A stretch of DNA of 64,000 bases, from NCBI GenBank assembly GCA_965215505.1, contig OZ244065.1:5056001-5120000 (forward strand), given 5' to 3'. This document shows positions 54,520 to 63,918 of this stretch, one piece after another. Source of the DNA: Capsulimonadaceae bacterium. Its GTDB lineage: Bacteria > Armatimonadota > Armatimonadia > Armatimonadales > Capsulimonadaceae. Below the pieces are notes generated by a model that was not told the origin of the DNA, did not search any database, and was given only the letters and a program-made list of their open reading frames with translations. The stretch's first letter is position 1. Every line of letters starts with the position of its first letter. The position numbers were made by a program, and so were the translations under genes.

Positions 54520-57500
54520 TTACTCTTTCTCCAGCGAGATGGCGATGATCTTGACGTTCCGGTCGTTCGGCAGGGTCAGGCCGGTCAGCTTCCGGCCTGC
54601 GTCGGGCCGCAGCGCGTAGTCGCCCAGGGTCGTGGCGCGGGCCTTGACGCCGCCCCCGGCATAGTAATACGGGGCGGTCAAGGCGGGCGTGACGCCCGCC
54701 CCGGTCGGGACGGCGCCCCAGTCGGCGACGGGGACCGAGACCAACTGCGTCTCGCCGCCGAATTGCAGGCCGAAGCCCGCGGGCACGGTCGTGCCGCCGG
54801 TGGCGGCGGCGAGCAGGTGGACCGCCCTGTACCGCCCGCTCGGGAGGGCGATCGTCTGGCCGGTGCAGGTGATGACGTTCGGCTGGCCCTCCCGGACGGA
54901 GGGGTATAGGAACGAGACGGCGTGGTTTGAGGCCTCGCCCGCCCCCGTCCGGGCCGTGTAGTAGCCGGACGGATAGAGGGGAGGGCCGGGGCGGCCCAAG
55001 GCGAACGGGTCGCCTTCCACCTCGGTCGTGGCATCGGGAGGCAGGGCCTCGCCGGGCAGGGTAGCCCCGTGGCCGTCGAACCCGCCGGTCTTGGAAACGT
55101 CTCCTCCGGCGATGCCGACCGAGTTGAACGACTTAGTCAGGTCTACGGGGACGACCGAGGCACTCTTGCCGCCGACGTTGACCAGCACTTGCAGCGTGTC
55201 GTCCCCGCGCGCGGCGGGCAGCGTGGACTGCCAGGGTCCGTCGCCCACGCGGACGTCCCAGACCAGGGCATAGCGGCCCGGCGCTTTGGGCGCGCGAAAG
55301 GCCGCAGTGATCGCGCTGTCGGTGGCGGCGGGGGGCAGGTCCTTGGTCAAATAGGCGGTCGGGCCGCCCTCCCAGGTCATCTCAGTCCCGTCCAGGTAGT
55401 ACCAGTGATATCCGATGCGTACCTGGTCCTTCTTCAAGACGTCCGGCCCCTGGTTCTGGAGGGCGAGGGTGGCCGTCCCCTCCTTGCCGGCGTCCATGGT
55501 GCGTGGGAGGTCCGCCTGGAGGAAGACCGCGCCGGGCAGGGAAGCCGCGACCGTCAGCGTTTCGTCGTAAGACCCCTTGACGACCGAGCCGAGGGCGTCG
55601 GGCCGGACGAACCAGTGCAGCCGGTACGCGCCGGGCGCGAGCGGCCTGCCCCCCGAGTCCACGGTCGGCACGGCCAGCGGGATGATGGCGATCTGGCCCG
55701 ACGCGATGGGGGCGGGGGCCGCACCGGGGTCCAGCGGCTTGGTGCCCTCGGCGACCGTTTTGGGGTCCGACCCGTCCGGCTCGACGGTCTGGATCTTGTA
55801 GCCCAATGCATAGCCGATCGGCCACGCCGAGGCGCCGTCGTTGCGGACCTGCACCGTCGTCTGGGCCGACGCCCCGGCCTGGACCACGCCTGGCGTGGCC
55901 GCGCTGAGGAAGGTCGCCGCGGTGCCGCCGACGCCCGAATCCGCCCCGATGACGGTGACGGGGACTTGCAGGGGCGTGTCGCCGGCGTAGGAGAACCAGC
56001 GCTCCTGGCTCTGCACCATGTCGAAGACGAGTGTGTAGTCGCCCGGCGCGAGGTCCTCGCCGAAGTTGTTGCGGGCGACCAGGCCGACCGAGAGGGTCAG
56101 GGCCTGGCCGGGGAGGACGTCCCGCGCGATGGGGATGCGCGGCGCGCTGTCGTCGAACAGCTTGCCGTCCTTGTACCAGCGCGTGGACAGCGAGTAGCCC
56201 TCGCCCGCGCGCCACGGGAGGGTGCCGGCGTTTTCGATGCGGATGGGGATCTGGTAGAGAGTCTTGGGGTAGACCGTGCGCGGAGTCGAGTGCGCCAGGT
56301 ACTTGGCGTGCCAGGGGCGGCTGCCGTCATAGACGACCACGGCGGCCCGCGTGGCGTCGGCGTACTGCTCGCCGTACTGGCGGGAGGCGGCGATCTCCGT
56401 CCCGTGCGCGAAGTCGTTCCAGCTATCCACCACGACCTCTTCGGGCGTTGAGACCATCGCCACCTGCCAGGCGGTGTCATAGGTGCGTCCGCCCTTGCGC
56501 GAGACGACGCCGTCTTTGTCCAGGCGGCCCGGCGAGACCGAGGCGACGGAGCTGCTGTAGAACAGCCGCGCGATGGGCGTGCCGTCGGCGAGCGTCTTCT
56601 TGGCGTCCGTCCCCAGGCTCAGGTCGTAGACCAGGACGCCCGCCCGGCCCGCTCCGGGGATCTCGGACAGGGCGCGGAACTCGGCGGGGACGTGCGCGTA
56701 GATCAGGTCGAGGTCCGGCTGGCCCGCCGTCGCGTCCACGCCGACCAGCGGATAATCCAGGCCCGCCGCCTTCATGTCCTTGAGGGCGGTGATGAAGGCG
56801 TCGACCTCGCGCGGCAGCAGGGCGTCATCGGGCTGCGTCCGCAGCAGTGCCACCTCGATGCCCGCGCGGCGCATGTCCGAGAGCTGCTGGCGGTGCCACT
56901 GCGGGCGCAGGCCGGAGAACCAGGGTCCCGCGCCGTTGATGGGCTGGTCGGCCAGCAGAGTCCCGCCCGCTGCGTTCCAGACGTTCTGGCCCGCCGCGCG
57001 GCGCGTGTCGGCGTTGAAGTCCAGGCGGTAGATGCCCATGATGTAGGCGGGCGGCTTGGGCTGGCCCAGTACAAACGAGTCGCTGTTGACCGTGACGCCT
57101 TCGGGCGTGTCCGGGCCGCCCGTGTTCTGCGCGGTCTGGCCCGGACCCCGGCCACCCCGGCCGCTGGCGACACGCTTCGGCCTAGGTGCGGGCGGGGGCG
57201 GAGGCAGCGGGACGTCCATGCCGGTCGGGTTCTTGATTCCGCCGGGGATGATCTTGATGATCGAGCCGCCCGGCATGTCAATGGTGCCGGTCTGCGTGCT
57301 GGCCGTCTGATCCGGCGACGGGACGGTCATGGCGGGCGGGTTGTCGAAGGGCGACTCGGTCGTGTTCGGCTCCTCTGCGACGGTCGGCGCGGGGGCCGCG
57401 ACGGCGTCCGTCCCGAACGCGAGCTGCGTGGCGGCCGGCCAGTCGCCGCTGATGATGGTGCCGTTGACGCGCGGGAACTGGCCGACGACCTTGGCGCAGA

Positions 57501-58188
57501 TCACCTTGTCCGTCGTCGAGGCCGCCCCCGCCGTGACGAACGTGATGTGGGACCACTTGGAGGGGTTCTGGACGTCCCCCTTCCCCTTCACTTTGCCCGA
57601 GAGCGAGTAAAACCGGTCGGCGGGGGCTGCCGCGCTGCTCCGGTCGCGCGACACGACATTGAAGCCCCAGGTCGTGCCCGGCGCGGGCGCCTTGGTCTGC
57701 CCCAGTTCCGTCCAGGGGATCGCCAGCTCGACGTCATAGCCCGTGGTCTTTTCGTCCGGCTGGTTCAAGGTGCCGTGGACCGTGACGGCGTACTTGTAGC
57801 TGTAGACCGCCTTGCCCTTGGGCGTCTTCGTCCCGTCCCCCACGCTGAAATACGCGCCCTGGGCTGCCGAGACGGCCATCTGGAACGTCTGCGGGGTGCG
57901 TACCCTGGCGCGGGCGTCGTCGTCCTCGAAGAAGACCTCGACGTCGTCGTCCTGCTGCGGCTCCGAGGTGGTGGAAACGTTGGTCCCGTAGACGGCACCG
58001 TCGTGGACGCGGAAGGCGGCATAGAAGTAGTAGTCGTCCCACGTCGTGTACATGGTTTCGACGCGCGGTGGGTTGGAGGGATCTGCTTTGGGCGCGGCCG
58101 AGGCACCGGAGGCAAGAGGCATAAGGAGCAGAGTCAGTGCCGCCGCCCAGAAGTGGCGCGCGGCGAGGCCCGATGGTTTCTTCAGCAT
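54520..58188 (-). CDS. large secreted multidomain carbohydrate-active protein (CBM9-like domain, glycoside-hydrolase-like barrel, three NBR1/Ig-like domains)
   Basis: Signal peptide; WDDYYFYAAF.V.D...DDVEVF...YDVELAIPWTEL (CBM9-like); VDSWNDFAHGTEI (GH99/GH71-like SWNE motif with E->D); three copies of N.G...W...LGY.W...PG.Y.L.(F/W)D. Confidence 0.7.
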   Translation of the reverse strand: MLKKPSGLAARHFWAAALTLLLMPLASGASAAPKADPSNPPRVETMYTTWDDYYFYAAFRVHDGAVYGTNVSTTSEPQQDDDVEVFFEDDDARARVRTPQTFQMAVSAAQGAYFSVGDGTKTPKGKAVYSYKYAVTVHGTLNQPDEKTTGYDVELAIPWTELGQTKAPAPGTTWGFNVVSRDRSSAAAPADRFYSLSGKVKGKGDVQNPSKWSHITFVTAGAASTTDKVICAKVVGQFPRVNGTIISGDWPAATQLAFGTDAVAAPAPTVAEEPNTTESPFDNPPAMTVPSPDQTASTQTGTIDMPGGSIIKIIPGGIKNPTGMDVPLPPPPPAPRPKRVASGRGGRGPGQTAQNTGGPDTPEGVTVNSDSFVLGQPKPPAYIMGIYRLDFNADTRRAAGQNVWNAAGGTLLADQPINGAGPWFSGLRPQWHRQQLSDMRRAGIEVALLRTQPDDALLPREVDAFITALKDMKAAGLDYPLVGVDATAGQPDLDLIYAHVPAEFRALSEIPGAGRAGVLVYDLSLGTDAKKTLADGTPIARLFYSSSVASVSPGRLDKDGVVSRKGGRTYDTAWQVAMVSTPEEVVVDSWNDFAHGTEIAASRQYGEQYADATRAAVVVYDGSRPWHAKYLAHSTPRTVYPKTLYQIPIRIENAGTLPWRAGEGYSLSTRWYKDGKLFDDSAPRIPIARDVLPGQALTLSVGLVARNNFGEDLAPGDYTLVFDMVQSQERWFSYAGDTPLQVPVTVIGADSGVGGTAATFLSAATPGVVQAGASAQTTVQVRNDGASAWPIGYALGYKIQTVEPDGSDPKTVAEGTKPLDPGAAPAPIASGQIAIIPLAVPTVDSGGRPLAPGAYRLHWFVRPDALGSVVKGSYDETLTVAASLPGAVFLQADLPRTMDAGKEGTATLALQNQGPDVLKKDQVRIGYHWYYLDGTEMTWEGGPTAYLTKDLPPAATDSAITAAFRAPKAPGRYALVWDVRVGDGPWQSTLPAARGDDTLQVLVNVGGKSASVVPVDLTKSFNSVGIAGGDVSKTGGFDGHGATLPGEALPPDATTEVEGDPFALGRPGPPLYPSGYYTARTGAGEASNHAVSFLYPSVREGQPNVITCTGQTIALPSGRYRAVHLLAAATGGTTVPAGFGLQFGGETQLVSVPVADWGAVPTGAGVTPALTAPYYYAGGGVKARATTLGDYALRPDAGRKLTGLTLPNDRNVKIIAISLEKE

Positions 58189-58194
58189 AGCCAC

Positions 58195-58223
58195 ATTATA
58201 GCCGCGTGGGTGGGGGATGTCAA
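58195..58223 (-). promoter_or_regulatory. consensus sigma70 promoter, leaderless configuration
   Basis: Minus-strand TTGACA-17 bp-TATAAT-6 nt-ATG(58188). Confidence 0.85.
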
Positions 58224-58318
58224 GGAAAGGTGTGGCAAGGCAAGGGGTGGGCCATCCGGCCCGCCCCTCGCTGACTCGCTGCCGCTCCGCGCGGCGGCGG
58301 CCCCGCCGGGATGGTGTT

Positions 58319-59395
58319 TCAGGCAGTCGGTGTCCGTTTCCCTGACACACGCCGCCGTGTCCGGAGGGCCAGGGCCGTCAGGCAGAGTGTGCCGAGTGCC
58401 AGGCCCGCCGCCGTCGGCGCTTCGGGGACAGGGTTCGGGGGGGTGCCGACGTTGAACTCGATCACGCCGCCCTGGGTGGCATCGTACTGGAAGGTCTCCA
58501 GGCCGCCGTAGAGCAGCGTGCCGGTGAAGGAGCCGCTGCCGGAGGTGATCGTCGAGCCGGGCGGGTAGCCGCCGAACTGGCCGAAGATGTCCAGGACGCC
58601 CCCCTGCGTGATCAGCGTGCCGCCGACCGCCCCGCCGGCGAGGTTAATGGTGCCGCTCAGGGCGTCCAGCCCGGCGAGGCTGCCGCCCGTGACATTGACC
58701 GTGCTGCCGTCGAGCGCGTTCACCCCGTCTGTCGCGACCGCGCCGCCGGAGATGTTGACCGTGCTGTTGCCGTTGGCGTCCACCCCGTCGAGGGTGCCGC
58801 CGGAGATGTTGACCGTGCTGCCGTCGTAGGCGTACAGCCCGTCGAGCGCGCCGCCCCCGCCGAGGAGGCCGCCGGTGATGGCGGCGGTGCTGCCGCCGTA
58901 GGCGAACAGCGCGCCGTTGAGGAAGCCGCCCGAGACGCCGCCGAGACTGCTGTCCTCATAGTTCATGTTGCCGTTGATTGTCCCGCCGGCAAGGGTGGTG
59001 CTGCTGCCGTTGTAGGCGTAAACGTCATAGTTCACGGTGCCGCCGCCGACCGTGGCGCTGCCCGCCCCGGTCGTCTCCAGGGCGTAGGAGTTCCCCTGGC
59101 CGTCCGTGAAAGCGCCGTTGACGGTGCCGCCGTTCCCCATCAGGAAAGAGCCGCCGTTGACCTGGACGGAGTTGTAAGGGTTCGCGCCGCCCCCCAGGGC
59201 CGCGCTGAAGCCCGTCCCGGCGTAACCTTTGCCCAGGACGGTGCCCGACCCGCTGACGGTCGCCGTTCCGGCGTTCATGACGGCGTCCTGGGCGCGGGCG
59301 CGCGGGGCGGTCATGCCGCAGGCCGCCGCCAGTCCGAGGGCGGCCACTGCCGCCCATGCGGGGCGCGGCGAGTAGTAGGAATGCAGGAGTTTCAT
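58319..59395 (-). CDS. secreted Gly-rich beta-helix protein with PEP-CTERM-like sorting signal
   Basis: Signal peptide ARAQ; repeated STVNISGG units; C-terminal PVPEAPT + hydrophobic helix + RTRRR. Confidence 0.85.
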   Translation of the reverse strand: MKLLHSYYSPRPAWAAVAALGLAAACGMTAPRARAQDAVMNAGTATVSGSGTVLGKGYAGTGFSAALGGGANPYNSVQVNGGSFLMGNGGTVNGAFTDGQGNSYALETTGAGSATVGGGTVNYDVYAYNGSSTTLAGGTINGNMNYEDSSLGGVSGGFLNGALFAYGGSTAAITGGLLGGGGALDGLYAYDGSTVNISGGTLDGVDANGNSTVNISGGAVATDGVNALDGSTVNVTGGSLAGLDALSGTINLAGGAVGGTLITQGGVLDIFGQFGGYPPGSTITSGSGSFTGTLLYGGLETFQYDATQGGVIEFNVGTPPNPVPEAPTAAGLALGTLCLTALALRTRRRVSGKRTPTA

Positions 59396-59423
59396 GTGGT
59401 CCGATCCTTCCTAAAGAATGCCC

Positions 59424-59459
59424 GCCTCTCCTCCTCGCCTGGGCGGGGTGAGGAGAGGC
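59424..59459. terminator. intergenic GC hairpin
   Basis: GCCTCTCCTC...GAGGAGAGGC between co-oriented genes; no clear U tract. Confidence 0.4.
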
Positions 59460-59474
59460 GCGTCTGCCTTGCGT

Positions 59475-60803
59475 CTACTTCACGACGAGGCTGACGCTGT
59501 TGGAAGCGCCGCTTGGGGACGGGTCAATGACCGTGACGGCGTAGGAGCCGGGCTGGGCGATCAGGGAAGACGGGATGTTGACCGTGATCTGCCGCGACGT
59601 GTAGCTCGCCAGCGGCAGTTGGAAGCCGTTGAAGAGGACGACCGCGCCGCTGGCGAAGTTGATGCCGTTGATGACCAGCGGGAGGTCCGCGCCGCCCGCC
59701 GAGATGAAGGCCGGGCTGAGGACGGGAACGGCCGGGTCCGCCGAGATCAGGACCGGCAGCGAGCCGAACGGCGGGACGCTGGAGAAGCCCTGCGTGCCGA
59801 CGCTGTTGGTGGTCTGGTTGCCCGCCGGGTCCGTGGCGACGATATACAGCGACTCGCCATTGGCACCGCTGCTGCCGTTGAGGTCCACAGGGATCGTGGC
59901 GGTGTAGGTGACGCCGTCCGCGCCGACGGACATGGGGGCGGTGCGGTAGGGGAAGTTGTAGTTGGGCCGGCCCTCTTGCAGGACCACGCTGCTCAGGCCC
60001 AGCGCCGGGTCAGACACCCGTGCCGTCACAGTCACGTTCGCCCCCTGTACCGGAATCGGGTTCGGGCTGTAGTTCACGGCAGTGATGGAGGGGGCAGTAT
60101 TAGAATACCCTTGGGAGGCGACGGTGTAGGAGGATTGGTTGCCCGCCGGGTCCGTGGCGAGGATGTTCAGGGTCTCGCCGTTGCTGCCGTTGCTGGTGTT
60201 GAAGTCCACGGGGATCGTAGCGGTGTAGGTGACGCCGTCCGCGCCGACGGACATGGGGGCGGTGCGGTAGGGGAAGTTGTAGTTGGGCCGGCCCTCTTGC
60301 AGGACCACGCTGCTCAGGCCCAGCGCCGGATCGGTGACTTTTGCTTTCACCGTTACGCGGGTGCCTGCGGCGGGGATCGGGAGAGGGCTGGCGGTCACGG
60401 CAGTGATGGAGGGAGGGGTGTTGGAATAGGTTTGAGTCGCGACGGAAGCGGTCTTGCTGCCCGCCGGGTCGGCGGCGGTGATGGAAAGTGTTTCGCCGTT
60501 GCTGCCGTTGCTGGTGTTGAAGTCCACGGGGATCGTGGCGGTGTAGGTGACGCCGTCCGCGCCGACGGACATGGGGGCGGTGCGGTAGGGGAAGTTGTAG
60601 TTGGGCCGGCCCTCTTGCAGGACCACGCTGCTCAGGCCCACCGAGTCGGTGACCGTGGCCGTGACGGTCACTTGCCCACCCGCCGCAGGAACCGGGTTCG
60701 GGTTGACGGTGATGCCGGAGATGGACGGTGCCGCCGCGCCCGGCCGGGACAGGCCGAGGCAGAGGGTGAGCGAGACGAGGCTGAGGAGAAGCATTCGTGA
60801 CAT
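59475..60803 (-). CDS. secreted protein with three tandem ~106-aa Ig-like repeats and a C-terminal IPT/TIG-like domain
   Basis: Signal peptide; 3x PSI..V...P.P.P..G..VTV.A.V.D..GLSSVVLQEGRPNYNFPYRTAPMSVGADGVTYTATIPVD; LVINGINFASGAVV.FNG...PG.Y.VTV. Confidence 0.85.
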   Translation of the reverse strand: MSRMLLLSLVSLTLCLGLSRPGAAAPSISGITVNPNPVPAAGGQVTVTATVTDSVGLSSVVLQEGRPNYNFPYRTAPMSVGADGVTYTATIPVDFNTSNGSNGETLSITAADPAGSKTASVATQTYSNTPPSITAVTASPLPIPAAGTRVTVKAKVTDPALGLSSVVLQEGRPNYNFPYRTAPMSVGADGVTYTATIPVDFNTSNGSNGETLNILATDPAGNQSSYTVASQGYSNTAPSITAVNYSPNPIPVQGANVTVTARVSDPALGLSSVVLQEGRPNYNFPYRTAPMSVGADGVTYTATIPVDLNGSSGANGESLYIVATDPAGNQTTNSVGTQGFSSVPPFGSLPVLISADPAVPVLSPAFISAGGADLPLVINGINFASGAVVLFNGFQLPLASYTSRQITVNIPSSLIAQPGSYAVTVIDPSPSGASNSVSLVVK

Positions 60804-60957
60804 GGTGTTCCCTTTCGGTGAGACGAACAGCGGGATGTGATCGGACAGTCTTGGCGGCGCACCGGACGGGCGCGCTGCGGGGATGTGGGATGCCTGGAAA
60901 ATGTGCGGAATGACGATGCCTTTCTTTTCAGCGCCAGGGAGAGGGTGAGATACCAGT

Positions 60958-61617
60958 CTACCTGCCGGGTCCGATGAGGCCGCTCTGCTGGGCGACGAGC
61001 GCGGCCTGGGTCCGGCTGTTGACTTCCAATTTTTTCAGGATGCTGGTGACCTGCTTTTTGATGGTGGTCAGCTCCACGCCCAGGAGGACACTGATCTGAG
61101 AGTTGGTCTTAGCGGCTCCGATCAGCTTGATGACTTCGACTTCCTGCCGGGTGAGCAGGCTGTAGAGATGCCGCAGGGCCTCCGGCTGGGTTGCGAGGCG
61201 TCCGAACTCAGCCAGGACGCGGGCGGCCAGCGCGGGCGGGATGGCCCCCGCCCTCTGCGCGACGGCACGGACGGCGGGGGCGATGGCATCCAGCGGGGCG
61301 TCTTTGAGCAGGTAGCCTTTGGCGCCGGCCTGCAAAGCCCCGAAAAGGGCGTCGTCATCGTCCTGCACGGTCAGGGTCAGGATCTCGACGGTAGGCAGTT
61401 CCTGCTTGATGCGACGGATCGCTTCCAGGCCGCCCATGACCGGCATCGCCAGGTCCATCAGCACGATGTCGGGCAGGGTTTCACGGGCCAGTGTCAAAGC
61501 TTCCAGGCCATTGGCGGCCAGCCCCAGGATGTCCAGATCCGGCTCGGCCCGCAGCGCATCGGCCAGTGCCCGCGCGTAAGAAGCGTCATCATCGGCCACG
61601 ATCAATCGCCAGGTCAT
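60958..61617 (-). CDS. NarL/LuxR family response regulator
   Basis: IVADDD, PDIVLMDLAMP, GAKGYLLKD, LTRQEVEV...TNSQI...KLEVNSRTQA. Confidence 0.94.
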   Translation of the reverse strand: MTWRLIVADDDASYARALADALRAEPDLDILGLAANGLEALTLARETLPDIVLMDLAMPVMGGLEAIRRIKQELPTVEILTLTVQDDDDALFGALQAGAKGYLLKDAPLDAIAPAVRAVAQRAGAIPPALAARVLAEFGRLATQPEALRHLYSLLTRQEVEVIKLIGAAKTNSQISVLLGVELTTIKKQVTSILKKLEVNSRTQAALVAQQSGLIGPGR

Positions 61618-61702
61618 CCATTGCCGTCCTTCCTTTTTGTGTGACAGAGGCAGTATACAAGAAGTGAGCAGGCTTGCAAAGTCCCAACTTCTTGGGACCC
61701 TC

Positions 61703-63253
61703 TCAAGCCTCGAAGTTGTCGGGCATCCAGGGAAGTGTCAGGGTGAAGGCGCTGCCCTCGTCCGGCATACTTCTGACCGTAATTCGGCCTCCTTGAGCTT
61801 CCAGGAGACGCTTGACCAGATTGAGGCCCAGGCCAGTGCCGGTGACAGCGGATGCGGCTGCGGTGCGGCCCCGGTGGAACGGCTCGTCGAAGATGCGCGC
61901 CTGGTCCTCTGGTGCGATGCCGAGGCCGGGGTCGGAGACGGTGATTGCTAGTTCGCCGTTTTGTTCTTGGAGATGGAGGTGGATGTCGCCGCCGCGCGGG
62001 GTGTATTTCACGGCGTTGTCGAGCAGGTTGTCCAGCAGGCGCGTGAGCGTGGCGGCGTGGGCGGGCGCGCGGGCATGGGCGAGAGACGCAGTGAGATGAA
62101 AACGGTGACGCGGGAGCGCGTCGTCGGACCCGCCGCGCAGGAGATGCGCTTCACGCTCCTGCGCCAGCAGGAGCGATTTTTTTGCACACAGCGACTGGAT
62201 GAGGGCCTCGACATCGGTTGGCTCGGGTAGTTCCAAGCGCGGTGTCTGCCCAGCCTCCATGCGGGCGTTGTTGAGCATGATCTGAATCAAGGATTCCAGC
62301 GCCTGGGTTTCCGTCAGGGCATCGGTCAGGCGCTCCGCCAGATGCCGGGGCGACCGGCCCTGTTCCAGCCCCAGCAGAGCCACCTTCAGAGGCGTGCTGA
62401 TACCGATTAACTTGTTGCCGATCTCGTGTTGGATGTCGCGCGCTGTTTGCAGGCGGAACTGCATGAGCGCGTCCAGGAGACGGTTGTCAGCCGCTAGTTG
62501 CTGTTCCCGTTTCTCGGTCAGGAGGAACTCTTGGCCCAAGACCCATGCGGTGGTCAGGCAAAAGAGGGAGATCGCAATCGCGCGCGGATTGATCGTCACG
62601 GCCTCCTCGAACGAGGGGGGCAGGACCAACTCCAATACCTCGACGGCGGAGGCCAGTATGATAAGCAGAACGCCGGTGACGATCCAGGCGGCGTATCGGA
62701 ACAAAGGCCGAAAGGCTGCCTCGCTGACTTCCTGCTTCTCAACTTCCTGTGTCCGGTATCGCTTCAGTCTGTTCAGGCCGAGAGAACTGGCAAGAATCAG
62801 ACCCGCTAAGGGCAAGCCAACATAGGGATAAAACAGGGGGCCGGGCGCGCTGGTGTCAATGTCGCCCGGCAGCGTATGCGGCGGCGGCAGATGAAGCACC
62901 AGGGGATGCCAAGTCCCAGCCGCCATCAGCGCCGTGAACGGGTACAGAAGGCCAAGCCAGACCCGGCGCGCGAGCGGCCTGCCGACAATGATGGAAAGGA
63001 AGTGAACCATCAAAGCCGAGCTGAACAAGGCGAAGAATAACTGTAGGCGATACCAGAAGAGGCCACGCGGAAGTGAGTCTGCCTCCTGGAGCAGAAGCTC
63101 GCAGCCGATCATGCCGCCCAGAAAGAAGGCGAGGAGGCTGAAGGCGAGGTTCTCCAGGCGACGGCTAACTTTGAGGTAGAGGACGCAAAAGATGACAGCC
63201 AGTTCCAAGCATTGGGCGGCGGCCAGGAACGGCAGCAGGATGGCGACGCGCAT
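61703..63253 (-). CDS. sensor histidine kinase with N-terminal multi-TM (7TM-like) sensor
   Basis: About 7 hydrophobic segments; DIQHEIGN, NLLDNAVKYT, DPGLGI, GTGLGL; start MRVAIL. Confidence 0.9.
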   Translation of the reverse strand: MRVAILLPFLAAAQCLELAVIFCVLYLKVSRRLENLAFSLLAFFLGGMIGCELLLQEADSLPRGLFWYRLQLFFALFSSALMVHFLSIIVGRPLARRVWLGLLYPFTALMAAGTWHPLVLHLPPPHTLPGDIDTSAPGPLFYPYVGLPLAGLILASSLGLNRLKRYRTQEVEKQEVSEAAFRPLFRYAAWIVTGVLLIILASAVEVLELVLPPSFEEAVTINPRAIAISLFCLTTAWVLGQEFLLTEKREQQLAADNRLLDALMQFRLQTARDIQHEIGNKLIGISTPLKVALLGLEQGRSPRHLAERLTDALTETQALESLIQIMLNNARMEAGQTPRLELPEPTDVEALIQSLCAKKSLLLAQEREAHLLRGGSDDALPRHRFHLTASLAHARAPAHAATLTRLLDNLLDNAVKYTPRGGDIHLHLQEQNGELAITVSDPGLGIAPEDQARIFDEPFHRGRTAAASAVTGTGLGLNLVKRLLEAQGGRITVRSMPDEGSAFTLTLPWMPDNFEA

Positions 63254-63444
63254 GATCCCCCCACGAAAGGCCGCAGACATCCAACCTCTGTGCCAGCGTT
63301 CGCCGAATCGTGCCCTGTTTCCTGCCGCCAGTCCCGTCACCCGCCCGTTTCCGCCTTACTTCCCCGTCAGCAGGAGCGACGGCTTGGTGCCGTCGGCCTC
63401 CTAGTGGACATGGCCGTCAGCCAGGGGGGAGTCGGTGCCGCCGA

Positions 63445-63837
63445 TGTGGCGGCTCGGTGATTCCCTGAATGGCCTCGCCGAGGCCGCCCCGCACTGGAAA
63501 GACTATCCGGACGCGCACGCTATACGAGGAGAGCCTGGCCCTGAGACGCCGGATCGGCGACACGCAGAGCATCGTCCACTCGCTCAAAAACCTGGCCTCG
63601 GCATCCGCATCGTCGGAACGGGCGGGAGCGGCGGCCTGCCCCCTCGGCACCGCCGAGGCGCTGCGGGTCGCCATCAGCAGTCCGCGCTCCCCAGCCATGC
63701 AGGAAGAGTACCAGGAGAGGGTGACGGCCCTGCGGGCCTCACTCGGCGACGCGGCATTCACCGCCGCCTGGGAGAAGGGGCAAAAAATGACCTGGGAAGA
63801 GGCCGTGGCGTTCGCGCTGGAAAACTTCGAGGCTTGA
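63445..63837 (+). pseudogene. fragment of a TPR-containing ATPase/regulator C-terminus, frameshifted
   Basis: GDSLNGLAEAA..KDYPDA in one frame continues as RTLYEESLALRRRIGD...LGDAAFTAAWEKGQKMTWEEAVAFALE in another (shift near 63510); no N-terminal domains present. Confidence 0.7.
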
Positions 63838-63858
63838 TCCGACGGAAAAAAGAGGTGG

Positions 63859-63891
63859 AAAAAAGCCCCCGGTCTGACAGACCGGGGGCTT
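63859..63891 (-). terminator. intrinsic terminator for the incoming minus-strand gene
   Basis: AAGCCCCCGGTCTG-A-CAGACCGGGGGCTT with an A6 run on its left (U tract on the minus strand). Confidence 0.75.
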
Positions 63892-63918
63892 GTGATCGCG
63901 CGGGCCGAAGCCGCCGGT

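Noticed and set aside
59883-60640. Identical repeats with variable intervening sequence as a CRISPR array or DGR template/variable repeats
   Set aside because: Units are 103 nt with a ~320-nt period, in frame inside a protein; no cas or reverse transcriptase gene, and no adenine-specific mismatch pattern.
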